From Malacoraja senta (Eukaryota): DNA of 64,000 bases. Every line of letters starts with the position of its first letter. Position 1 is the first letter of the stretch. Under the pieces are notes generated by a model. That model made no database searches and had not been told where the DNA came from. It saw nothing but the letters and a program-made list of their open reading frames with translations. Shown here piece after piece: positions 36,476 through 47,939 of the stretch. The stretch lies in the NCBI GenBank assembly GCA_038087875.1, contig JAXLNO010005863.1, positions 124,001 to 188,000 of the forward strand, in the 5' to 3' direction. The translations under genes were made by a program, and so were the position numbers.

Positions 36476-38706
36476 TTCCTAACGTATACATGGAGAAGGC
36501 CTACGCTTGGAAAGATATCAAGCCAGAAGATGTGGAGGCATTGATTTTGCAAAATTTCTTAGAGGTTGATGTAGCTCGATGAAAAATCTCAACCACATGG
36601 GGGAGATGAATCTTGTTAGTAATACTAGAGCCATCATTCTAAAACTGCCCAGACGACTGAGAGAAAAGTGGTGAGATAAAGCAGGCCGAATAATGGTAAC
36701 CGGAGCAAATAGAACAGAAGGAGAAGCCAGCTACTAGTGATGCTGTCACCTCACCTCAAGTAACTGCTCATATTGGGGCCGGGTTAGAAGCCTGTATCTT
36801 CTCTGTCTTACCAGTACAGGTAAGGAATAGCAAGACAAATACAGTGTTGCAAACATATCCATTTGTAGATCACGGAAGTTCGGCTACCTTCTGCATAGAA
36901 GGCATGATGAGAAGGCTGGACATCACAGGAGAGGAGATTAAGATTCGATTGCATACCATGAATGAAGAGAAGGAGTCCGTTAATCATTACATTACAAGTA
37001 GGGAAATATCTAGTCTGGATGAAGATAATTTTATACCAATATCTGAAGTGTTTACACATGAAACCATGCCTATTGGTCATCAAAATATACCCAGACATGA
37101 GGACTTGAGACAATGGCCTTACTTGAAGGATGTCAAAATATCTAAAATAGATTCTGATATTGACCTACTTATCGGAACGAATGCATTGAAGGCATTGGAA
37201 CCGATACAGATTGTGAGGAGCCAAGGTGATGGACCGTTTGCTGTGAAAACCCTACTAGGATGGGTTATCTATGGCTCCTTGAGAAGGAACAATGAAAGCG
37301 GAAACCAGAAGAACTATCCTGCCGCTGCTGTTAATCAAATATCTACTGGTAAATTAGAAAAGCTATTGATCAAGCAATACAATCATGACTTCAATGAAAG
37401 AACTAGTAAGGAATCTGAAGAAATGTCCAGGGAAGAGTTAAAGTTCTTGGATATTATGAACTACTCAGTAAAGATAATGGACGGACACTATTGTTTGGAC
37501 TTTCCTTTCAAACAAGAAAGTGTTAGTCTGCCAAATAATCGTCATATGGCAGAGCAACGCATCCTAAATTTGAAACGTAAGTTTGGCCAGAATACGAAAT
37601 TTCATGAGGAATATACATCTTTCCAAAAGGATATGATTGACAAAGATTATGCCGAACTGGTACCAACAAACCAACTGAATCGAAGTGATGGAGAGCTATG
37701 ATATATTCCGCACCATGGGGTGTATCACTCGAAGAAAGGGACTTTGAGGATGGTCTTTGACTGGGCTGCAGTCTTCAAAGGAACATCACTTAACTGTCAA
37801 CTATTGTAAGGTCCAGACCTTACCAACTCACTCATTGGAGTTCTCATTAAATTCAGATAAGAACCAATTGCTTTGATGGCTGATATCAGAGCGATGTTTC
37901 ATCGTCAAAGTATCAGAAAAACACATTGACTACCTGCGATTCGTATGGTGGCCTGAAGGGGATGTACAGCAAGATCTTGTTGAATACCAGATGAAGGTAC
38001 ATCTCTTTGGAGCAGTGTCATCACCAAGTTGTGTGAACTTTGCATCAAAGAAGACCGCAGAGGACCACAAAGTTCATTTTACAGTGGAATGATAACCACT
38101 TTGAAGAATCATTTCTATGTGGGTGATTATTTAAAATCCATGTCTACTGAGCAGGAAGCAATTCAAATGGTAAAACATCTGACTTCCCTCTGCAATAAGG
38201 GAGGATTCATGCTTTCCAAGTGGATCAGCATCAGTCGCGTTGTATTGGAAGCATTCTACCAGATGATAGAGCCAAAGAGACCAGAGAGTTAGATTTGGAC
38301 AAAGACAATTTGGCAATGGAAAGAGCATTGGGAGCAACTGATGTATCATTAATGGAAATATTTTAACACAAAAGAAAATCCTGCGGATGAAGCTTCCAGA
38401 GGACTGACAGCAGACCGCTTCTTAAGCAATAAGAGATAGATCAATGGACAAGAGTTGCTCTGTAAGCCAGACAGGGAATGGCCAAAACATGAACTGGGAT
38501 TTGAAACCTCTGCTAATGATCCAGAAATTAAACAAAACATCACAGTGAACGTTATTGCTAAAAATCCTATTATTCTCTCGAATGATTTTCACACTTCAAC
38601 ATCATTGTTACAACATATCCATGAGTTGATTGGACATGGAGGAAAAAGTTTCATGCTGTCAAACTTTGGGCTTTGTGTTTTGGACAATATACGGTATTAT
38701 GCCTGA

Positions 38707-41560
38707 TGTTATGGGTTTGGTGCACACGGTACGACTTCAAACTAAAAACAATGTTTTAATAAGACCAATAACCAAATGATGCTTACTTCTAGAAGATGGA
38801 AGAATCTCTGAAGAAGTCTGAATGCGGATATATCATGGACGGATATACCAATGGAGTGGAGCCAATGGAGGGACGAGTTTGAGCTCTATGTTGATTTGAG
38901 CATGACAGGGAAGGATGATAAGATAAAGAGGAAAATGCTCATGTACCTAGTTGGACCACAAGGGAGAGAGCTCTACCAAACGATAAAACCGCGAGGGACA
39001 CGGACAAGAAGTGACGCTAATGCAGGCTCTCGATGCTTTTGATCAGCATTGCTAACCAGTGAGGAACGAGACCATCGACAGGTATTGATTCTTTACAAGG
39101 TGCCAAGAAGAGGGGAAACATTTGTTCTAAACAGAACTGAAGCTCTTGGCAGCTCATTGCAATTTCAGAGAGTTGAAGGATTCACTGATAAGTGATAGCA
39201 TAATATGGGGCATAAGAGATGAAAAGTGTGTGAAGGCATGCCAGGCTTTCCAAGGCCAGAGTTGATGTCCTGTTAGGTGACCAACGACAAGATGTCTGTG
39301 CAGTAAGACAAGAGGGGACAAGATACCAGCCAACCATACAGTGTAAATACCGCGGACACAAACATGAGAGGAAGAAGGAGAAATGTCCAACATCTGGCCA
39401 GGAGTGTTTCAAATGCCATAAGATAAATCATTTTGCATCACAATGGATGGAAAAGCAGGTGCAACAGAAGAACCAGAAGAAAAGAAAGGCAACAAATCTG
39501 TGCATGCAGTGGGGGAAGTGGAGAGCTCCAGTGATGAGTATAATGACATTCAAGAGTATGATGAAATTCACACATAGGCTGTGGGCCGAGCTTCAGAAAT
39601 GTGTCTAGAATTTAACTTTCATGACCCATGTCTCGGAACTACATGAAATTTTGCACAGATTTAGATAAAATATAATTGAGAAGGAAGTCATAACTCATCA
39701 ATGCCAAAAGTTGCACATTAATTAATTAAACTAATTAGAAAATTAGATTGTAAAAGTAAGCCCCATTTAGTGTCCTATGCCCATATTACACCATGGGGAG
39801 CCTAATTCCGTGCTGTGGTCTATTTAAACCATATATTATTATACTATATATGTGTATATATCTGTATATATGTATGTATATGACGTGAACATGACTGTAA
39901 TCATACATAATATGTATAATTATCTATACTATTATTAAAACTCTCATCTTGACAACTTCCGGTTTGCCTTTCTTTAAATTTGAACAAAAACTGTACCGTT
40001 TATTGCTAGGATTTTTGTGCCACCTTACTCACTGGTCTCCGCTCCTCCACGTGCACCAAGTTTTGTTCCAATCGGTGGAGGATTACAAGTTATGAAGGTT
40101 TAAAAAATCGCTATATCAGCAGATTGGTCTTCTTTCTTGCCTGTCAGTCACCACTCTCACCACCCACCAGCGGCCCGCCCCAACGGTCACCACCCACCGG
40201 CAGCCCGACAGCCCGACCGATTCTCCACATCATCCATCGGCCTACCGACAAGCCCGACCGACAGACTGACCGATTGATCGACCGACCGTCTGACTGACTG
40301 AATATCCGACTGACTCACTGATTGACCCCAACTTTATACAGATAAATCAATTGAAAAACAAAATTATCAGCAAGGTTAGCATAACCTTCATTCCTTGGAA
40401 ACCTTGTTATTGTTTTGATGTAATGAGGAGGCAGCCATGATCCTAGGGTCATCGCTGCCTAGCGACCATAAAAAAAAGCGCGGGATTGGTCAATTTGCGT
40501 CCGACGTCAATGTCAAACGTGCATTGATTGGACAATTACAACTCGGAGCTTTTTCTCATATTTGTAAAAAATGTGCAGGTTTTGGTCTTGACGAGTTTCA
40601 GGTATGATTTATATAATATTTTTACACAATATGTTAAAAATTCAGGTAGTATCGTGAGTTGGGTCACGAACTTGAACGAAAAAGCTCCTTGGCCCACAGC
40701 CTAACAGTGGAACTGCAACCAGAAGCATCAAAAGCAGAGTGTTCACTGTGTTGAGGAGACTCAATTCCCAAAGAAAATCTTTGCGACCACGATGCTGGAA
40801 GAGAAGGAAGTAGAATTCCAGGTAGACAGTGGAGCCACATGTAACATCATTCCCAAGATGCATGCAAAGGATGTGGATGAAACCAAGCAAGTATTGTCGA
40901 TGTACAACAATACGACAGTGGTGCCTCTTGGAATAAAGCAAGGTGAAACTAGTAAATCTAAAGTATGGAAGGAGATACAAAGTAGAGTTTGTAGTCCTGG
41001 AGGAAGACTGCATTCCAATCCTGGGAAGCAGGGCAGCCCAGCAGATGGGACTCATCTCAGTCTGTACAGAGAACTGAATGGCAGTGAAATCTCTCTGAGC
41101 AAGGAAAGAATGATGGCTGAGTATGCTGATGTGTTTGAAGGGACAGGTAAATTCGAGGGCAAGTACCGTCTGCAGGTAGATGACAGCGTAACGCTGGTGA
41201 TCCATCCTCCACGAAGAGTCCCTGTAGCCTTACGGAATACGCTGAAACAGGATAGACAGACTAACAGAAGCTGAAATAATTGCCCCAGTAGAGACCCACA
41301 CTCTAAGGGTATCCAGCCTTGTGTGTGTAGAAAAGCCCAACGGAAAGTTGAGAATGTGTTTCGACCCGAGGGATCTGAACAAGGGGCTGAAAAGAAGTCA
41401 TTACCCAATGACAACGATTGAAGATGTCCTCACAGACCTGAATGAAGCCAATGTCTTCAGCACGTTTGACGTCAAGAATAGGTTTTGGCATGTGGAACTG
41501 GATGATGAGAGTTCTCAGCTTACGACATTTAACACACCGTATGGCAGATATAGATGGAAA
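38707..41560 (+). mobile_element. Ty3/Gypsy LTR retrotransposon relic
   Basis: gag WSQWRDEFELYV...LMYLVGPQGRELY; degenerate zinc knuckle CFKCHKINHF; protease FQVDSGATCNII; RT KPNGKLRMCFDPRDLNK...FWHVELD...TTFNTPYGRYRW, truncated there. Confidence 0.85.
39575..40703. mobile_element. Non-autonomous TIR element with 3-bp TSD inserted in the Gypsy relic
   Basis: Termini TAGGCTGTGGGCC...GGCCCACAGCCTA; ACA duplicated at 39572-39574 and 40704-40706. Removing it rejoins the host frame EIHT-VELQPE. Confidence 0.8.
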
Positions 41561-41561
41561 G

Positions 41562-41809
41562 AAGAAGCTCCATTTACGAAAAATAGACTCCCGACAGACA
41601 CTGAACAGTTTTGGATTGGTGTACTTCAGCATCAGGCATTTAAAGAGCTTGCCACCTTTGCCCTTACGTGCCTAATAACCCCTGTCAGCAATGCTGTCGT
41701 TGAGAGGATATTTCTCTTGTATCCTCTGTAAAAACGAAGGCAAGAAACAGAATGCAGCTGAATCTTCTTGATGCTGTTGTGAAAGTCTATTGCTTTCAAG
41801 CCAATGTTG
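41562..41809 (+). pseudogene. hAT-like transposase C-terminal fragment
   Basis: EQFWIGV...FKELATFALTCLITPVSNAVVERIF then (frameshift) SSVKTKARNRMQL, i.e. the PxSxAxxERxFS dimerization motif. A hAT-type right TIR (ATCTGGCAACCCTG) ends at 44004. Confidence 0.6.
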
Positions 41810-42856
41810 TAGGTATGTTACAAAACGTACCTTCAGCGACGCTGCAGATCTGTCCCTGTCCGTGTGCGCGACTTTGGCGCCTTTGAGAGATGGGCGGGTT
41901 TAAAATGCCTTGTTTCTCCAGCCTGATCAAATCGATTTCTGTCAGGCTGTTTAGATGCTAAAGAATAATCACTTTGATTGCCGTTTTATTAAGTTTCTTT
42001 TAAACTGCACTGAATATTTTACGAACAGGAGTAAAGTAAAAATAATCTTCTAAAGCCGTCAACGCCGACAACGGGGACGGATTTCATGTACGGGACAGGT
42101 AAAGGAAAGCCGTTTATTTTATATATAAACTTGCTTCTAAGGATGCCTTTAATCAAAATTTCACATTGCGAAAATGTCATTATGTAAATATACGAACTGG
42201 CAGTATTTTTCCTGCCGATATGAGGTTTAAATTCACTGCAAATGCAACGTTCCAAACCAGCGCGTTCCACAAAAACCCACTCGCAAGATTATTAAAATGG
42301 CCATTAATTTACGGGAATTAAACACTAAATTCCTTCCATTTGGCCTATAAATTCATGACCATGAGATTTAAAAATCATGTTATATTGTGAATTATTGTGT
42401 GAATGTTATTTGAACATTTAGGCTATTTAAAAATGTTAACTTTTTCTTAAGAAATTCTTAAGAGATGTTTAGATCTAGTAATTGAATTTTGTAATTAGCT
42501 ACAATTGGGTAACTAACTAATTATATACTTTAATTTCAGGTCATCCAAGTAAGATTGTTTCATATTTGTTTCAGAATGCTTCAATCTATAATAACTGAAC
42601 ATTTCATTCAGTTCTCTTAATTTTTAAGAAAGTTATGGGCTTTTGACTGTCCTTGATCACAGCTTTTGAGTTAAGTCAATGGAAAAGCAATAGGGAACAA
42701 GATGCTAATTTCAGAGTATGAAAATGGCCATAACCTTTTTAATACTGAAGATATGAAAGTGAATTAGGTGTCAAATTAAACTTCTTTTTATGCTTTATCT
42801 GATGGGATAAATTACAGACTTGATTTTTAAAATCTCAAAATTTTGTAACATTGCTA
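41810..42856. mobile_element. About 1.05-kb non-autonomous TIR element, copy 1
   Basis: TAGGTATGTTACAAAA...TTTTGTAACATTGCTA; colinear with 49825-50876; no coding frame. Confidence 0.8.
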
Positions 42857-43174
42857 AATGTTTCTAAGACTTCACTGCATATCAATAAAGGCTGAAAAAC
42901 GTCACATCAGACAAGATTTATGCCGTATGTTCCACTCATTCCAGTGGGGAGGATAGTAATGATCTGATTCTGGAGCTTTTCATGAGATATGTGTAGAAAA
43001 ATATATTAAAGATTGTTTGTTTGATGCTGGAAAATCCAAGGTAGGCAAAAATGCTGGAGAAACTCAGCGGGTGAGGCAGCATCTATGGAGCAAAGGATAC
43101 AGGCGACATTTTGGGTCAAGACCCTTCTTCAGGCTGATGTGGTGGTGGAAGGGGGGATGGGAAGAAGAAAGGAA

Positions 43175-43890
43175 GAGTCCAGTGAGGTGGAGAGGTTCTG
43201 CGGTCACGTTGAGGCGGTGAGGTTCGGTGGTCACCTTGAGGCAGCGAGGCCCAGTGAGGCAGAGAGGTTCGTCAGTCCCAGTGAGATGGCGAGGCCCGGT
43301 GATTTTACGAGTTCTGGTGAGGCGGAGAGCTTTGGCAGTCCTGGTGAGGCGGAGCGTTTCGGCAGTCCCGGTGAGGCAGCGAGGTACAGTGTGGCGGAGA
43401 GGTACAGCGGTCACGGTGAGGTGACGATGTCCAGTGAGGCGGCGAGGTTCGGCGGTCCCGGTGAGGTGAAAATGTTCGGCAATTAGACGGAGAGGTTCGG
43501 CGGTGCCGGTGAAGGGGCGAGGCCCAGTGAGGCAGTGAGGCCCGGTGTGTTGGCGAGGCCTGGTGAGGCAAAAATGTTCGGCAATTAGACAGAGAGGTTC
43601 GGCTGTCCCGGTGAGGCCCGGTGAGGCGGAGAGTTTCGGTGGTCCTGGTGAGGCGGCGTGGCCCGGTGAGGCAACGAAGTTTGGCTGTGAGGCAGAGAGA
43701 TTAGGTGGTCCCATTGAGCTGACGAAGCCCAGTGAGGCGGTGAGCCCCGGTAAGGCAGAGAGGATCGGCGGTCCTGGTGAGGAAGCAAGGCCCGGTGAGA
43801 CGGAGAGGCACGGTGAGGCGGAGAGGTTCGGTGGTCCCGGTGAGGCAGCGAGGCCCGGAGAGGTGGTGAGGTACGGCTGTACTGGTGAGG
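43175..43890 (+). repeat. GC-rich compound minisatellite built on GGTGAGGC
   Basis: Mixed 18-nt (ggtgaggcagcgaggccc) and 27-nt (ggtgaggcggagaggttcggcggtccc) units. Confidence 0.85.
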
Positions 43891-44004
43891 CAGGATTGTT
43901 TGGCCTTTTTTTGTAGTTTTTCTAGTGTGGGTTGTTTGGGTTTTTTATGTTTTTTTCCCCAGTGTTGTTTGGCTTTAAATTACAATTTCAATCTGGCAAC
44001 CCTG

Positions 44005-44206
44005 GTGAGTGAGAGTGAGTGAAGAATGTAGATAGTGAGTGAGAGTGAGTGGGTGAATGTCAGTGTGTGTGTGAGTGAGAGTGAGTGAGAGTGAGTGAAG
44101 AATGAGTGAGATTGAATGGATGAATGTGAGTAAGTGAGAGAGAGTGAGTGGGTGATTGAGAGAGTTGGTAAGATAGTGGGTGAGAGAGTGGGTGAGTGTG
44201 TGTGTT
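44005..44206 (+). repeat. (GTGA)n microsatellite
   Basis: Direct inspection; same motif as 31620-31759. Confidence 0.9.
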
Positions 44207-44374
44207 AGAATTGTGCAGAACATACCAACATTATCCCATAATAAAAGGACAGAAAAGCTATAAAAGTCACCTTCCAGATAGTTGAGACTGCCCCTCCATG
44301 ACACAGATCACAGATCACATGTAGACACAAAATATCCATTCTATATGAAGCTGACCAGAATTTTGAGACCACTT

Positions 44375-44514
44375 TTACGCAATCACATTTCGGCATCCGT
44401 TGGCCGATACGTTTCCTAGCTGACTGCGACTCTCCTTTTTCTTCAGGATAACGTCAACGTTGGTAGAGGAGCCCACCGCGTAGTATATATTGCCGTCGTC
44501 TGGAATGACCACCG
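44375..44514 (-). CDS. RalGDS/RGL-family exon: RA domain C-terminus with read-through stop
   Basis: Acceptor ttttttttctcttctgtccccAG, phase 1. Translates to (A)VVIPDDGNIYYAVGSSTNVDVILKKKESRSQLGNVSANGCRNVIA* (TAA 44377-44375), matching LxIPxxANVFYAMNSxxNxDFxLxK. Not in the ORF track. Confidence 0.88.
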
Positions 44515-45321
44515 CTGGGGACAGAAGAGAAAAAAAACAATCAGTACATTTCCAAACGTAGACTGGGCGACCGTTTCACTGAACACTAGGCCTACGAGGC
44601 TTACGTGATCGCCCGTCTGACAAACATTTCAATGGTCCTTTGTTGTCACGTGTACCGAGGTACAGTGGCATTTGGTTTACTATATAGTCACACCAAAAAA
44701 GCAACAAGATACAAAACTACTTAAAAATTAAACATAAACACCCACCACAGCGGCGTGTGAGAATCCCCAGGCCACACAGCATAAGCGGAGATCCACAGCC
44801 ATCAGCTATCACTCTCTCTGCAGTCCCTGTCAACCCGAACAGTCAGAAAGCCGTCCACACTCGCACCAGACTCGGGGATGTTCACATGGCGCCATGACCT
44901 GATAAACACCGAGATCACCGCACACACGGCACTCCCTCCGAATCCTCACCAGTGCAGGCAGCACGACCATCTTGTTGTTTTCGGCAACCTCACATTCCCC
45001 ACTGTGATAGAAGGCAAATAACTTATACCTTCATCCCTGCTTTGAACACCCCTTCAGAATTAAAGGATGTTCTTTTAGGAAGGAGATGAGGAGACATTTC
45101 TTTAGCCAGAGGATGGTGAATCTGTGGAATTCTTTCCCACTGAAGGCTGTTGAGGCCAAATCAATGAACAAGGCAGAGATAGATTCTTGATTAGTACAGG
45201 TGTCAGGGGTTATGGGGAGAAGGCAGGGGAATGGGGTTAGGAGGGAGAGGTAGATCAACCATGATTGAATGGCGGAGTATGACTTGATGGGCCGAATGGT
45301 CTTATCCTACTCCTATTCCTG

Positions 45322-46030
45322 ACCCACACTGAGCTTTCTGTCCTGGGTCTCCTCCATTGCCAGAGTGAGGCCAAACGCAAGCTGGAGGAACAGCACCTCA
45401 TATTTCACTTGGGCAACTTGTACATAGCTTTATGTTACAGTTCAGTTTATTGCCACGTGTACCGAGGCAAAGCAAAAAGCTTTTTGTTGCATGCTCAGCA
45501 GCAGCAGAAAGACAATACATGATGATCCATTTACAATGTATAGATACATGATAAGGGAATATTGTTCGTGCAAGGTAAAGCAAGAAAGTCCGATCAAGGA
45601 TAGTCCGAGGGTCACCAATGAGGTAGATAGTTCAGGACTGCTCTATGAACATTGAATTGTCTCATTTTAACTAACTTCATCTTACACCCACTCCCCCTCC
45701 ACCCTTGCCCCCCTTCCTCCTCCCTAGTCATTTTACCACAGTTCTCCACATTGTTTCTCTTGAGATCACACCTTCAGCCAGTCAACAATGGACCTACCAG
45801 GCACCACCCCATCTGAGCTCATTTGTGGCCGACCCTGATGGCTCCTGATTTTCTCACCTCCAGCTCTTCACCTCTTCCTTCCCCCCACCCCACCTACATT
45901 CAGTCTGAAGAAGGGTCCCGACCCGAAATGTTACCCATTCATTTTCTCCAGAGATGTTGCCTGACCCGCTGTGTTACTCTAGAACTTTGTGTCTATCTTT
46001 GATATTAAACCAGCATCTGCAGTTCTTTGT
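45322..46030 (+). mobile_element. Penelope-like element 3' end (GIY-YIG C-terminus plus pLTR with hammerhead motif)
   Basis: LSVLGLLHCQSEAKRKLEEQHLIF; interrupted by a Rex-type tail (about 45420-45640); C-rich UTR; CTGAAGA...GAAA core at 45905-45932. Confidence 0.78.
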
Positions 46031-47604
46031 TTTTACATATATTTACATTGCAGTCTTGCTTTGTGAATAGAAAGCTACATATCCAGTGAATAAGTTTGTA
46101 AATCACAGGAGCAGAATTAGGCCATTCGGCCCATCGGGTTTACTCTGCCCTTCAATAATCGCTAATCTATCTTTCCATCTCAACCCCATTCCCCTGCCTT
46201 CTCCTCATAACCCCCGACACCTGCACTAATCAAGAATCTGGCAATCTCTGTTTTAAAAATATCCCTTGACTTGGCCTTTCCAGTCATCTGTGGCAATGAA
46301 TTCCACAGATTCACCACTTTCTGGCTAAATAAAATCCTCCTCATCTCCTTTCTAAAGGTATGTACTGTAGAAGTTATAGAATTCAGAGTGGGGCTTAGTT
46401 GCAATACCGTCTCAAATCTTGCAGCACACTACAAAAGGGTTTACCTCACTTGGATTTACACTCAATAATATTATAATGTCAATAATTGTTTAATTGGTCT
46501 CTGTAAATTCCCCCTAGTGAGTAGGAAGTGGATGACAAAGTGGGATAACATGGAACTAGTGTGGACAGGTGATCGATGGTCAGCGTGGATTCGGTGGGCT
46601 GAAAGGCCTGTTTCCGTGCTGTATCCGTAGCACGGCACAGAGGCTCAGCAGGCAGAGCCACTGCCTCACAGTGGCAGAGACCCGGGTTCCTGACCACGGG
46701 TGTTGTATGTGTGGAGTTTGCACGTTCACCCCGTGACCGCATGCGTTTCCTCCGGGTGCTCCCGATTCCTTCATATCCCATCTACAATTGTAGGTTAATG
46801 GGCCTGTAAAAATGGTCACTATTGTGTATGGTGTGGGTGAGAAAGTGGGATCACATAGAAGTGGTGTGAAGGATGGTTGGCATGGACTCAATGGGCCAGT
46901 GGTTTCTATGCTGTATCTCTAAAGAAAACTATCACAATGATTAAAAACCTTTGGACAGCTGGATGGATAGCATTGGTTTACAGGGCCATGGGCCAAACGC
47001 AGGCAGGTGGGAATAGTGTAGATGGGGCATGTTGGTCGGCATGGTCATGTAGGGCCGAAGTGCCTGCTTCCACAAATTGGAAGGCATGGACAGGCGACGT
47101 TTTGTGTTGGGGCCCTTCTTCAGACTCAACCCTAGCTGTATATGGTTTCCATATCCAGTATGAAAGGTTGCAACTTGAAATGTCGCCTGCCCATTCCCTT
47201 CACAGATAATTTAGTTTTGTTTTGTTCAGTATTTTAGTGTACACAGATTGGAAACAGGCTCTTCGGCCCACCTGTACACGCGGACCAGCGATCACCTGTA
47301 CACTAGCACTATCCTACACAGCATAGACAAATATTTTATGGAAGCTAATTAACCTACAAACCTGCATGACTTTGCAGTGTGGGAGGAAACCGGAGCACCC
47401 GGAGAAAACTCATGCGGTCATGGGAGAACGTACAAACTCCGTACAGACAACACCTGGAGTCAGGATGGAACTGGGGTCTCTAATGCTGTAAGGCAGCAAC
47501 TCTACCACTGTGCCACCTGATCTGCTGAGCTCCTCCAACACATTGAGTTTAGGAGGAATACTGTACATCTTCTAGCCTCAAGGAACCTATGTGTTATTCC
47601 TCAC

Positions 47605-47716
47605 CTCTGTCGTTGGAGACGATCAGGACAAGATTATATTCCTTCCAATCGTCATCCAGATTGTACTTAGCCATGGCTCTCTGGATGACGACCGGGGATC
47701 TCTCTTCGTTGGTCAC
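47605..47716 (-). CDS. RalGDS/RGL-family exon: RA domain core
   Basis: Acceptor tttttcccttcctctccAG and donor GTGAGG; 112 nt, phase 0-1. Translates to VTNEERSPVVIQRAMAKYNLDDDWKEYNLVLIVSNDR, matching RalGDS/RGL1 (V/L)TSQDK(A/T)PAVI(R/Q)(K/R)AMxKHNL...YELxQxxSxD. Confidence 0.9.
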
Positions 47717-47939
47717 CTGGAGAGGAAGGGAAAAAGTATTTACTTCAGTTAAGTTTAGAGATACAGAATGGAAACATGCCCTTCGGACCATCGAGTTCAC
47801 ACCATCCTTTGAATACCCTTTCACACCAGCTCAATGTTATCCCACTTTCTGTTATCAGGCAACTGAACCATTCCACCAACAACCAGAGAGCGGCCTTGAG
47901 CTACTCGCTTCCTCATTGCAGATGCTCGGAAGAACTTCT

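Larger units (their letters stand above)
31790..38700 (+). mobile_element. BEL/Pao LTR retrotransposon relic (interrupted by hAT and CR1)
   Basis: gag N-terminal coiled region (32694-33050); YMEKAYAWKDIKPED...KLPRRLREKW (36480-36670); protease FVDHGSSATFC; RT IPHHGVYHSKKG...GPDLTNSL...LFGAVSSPSC...FYVGD; ENPADEASRG. Internally deleted; no LTR pair identified. Confidence 0.82.
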
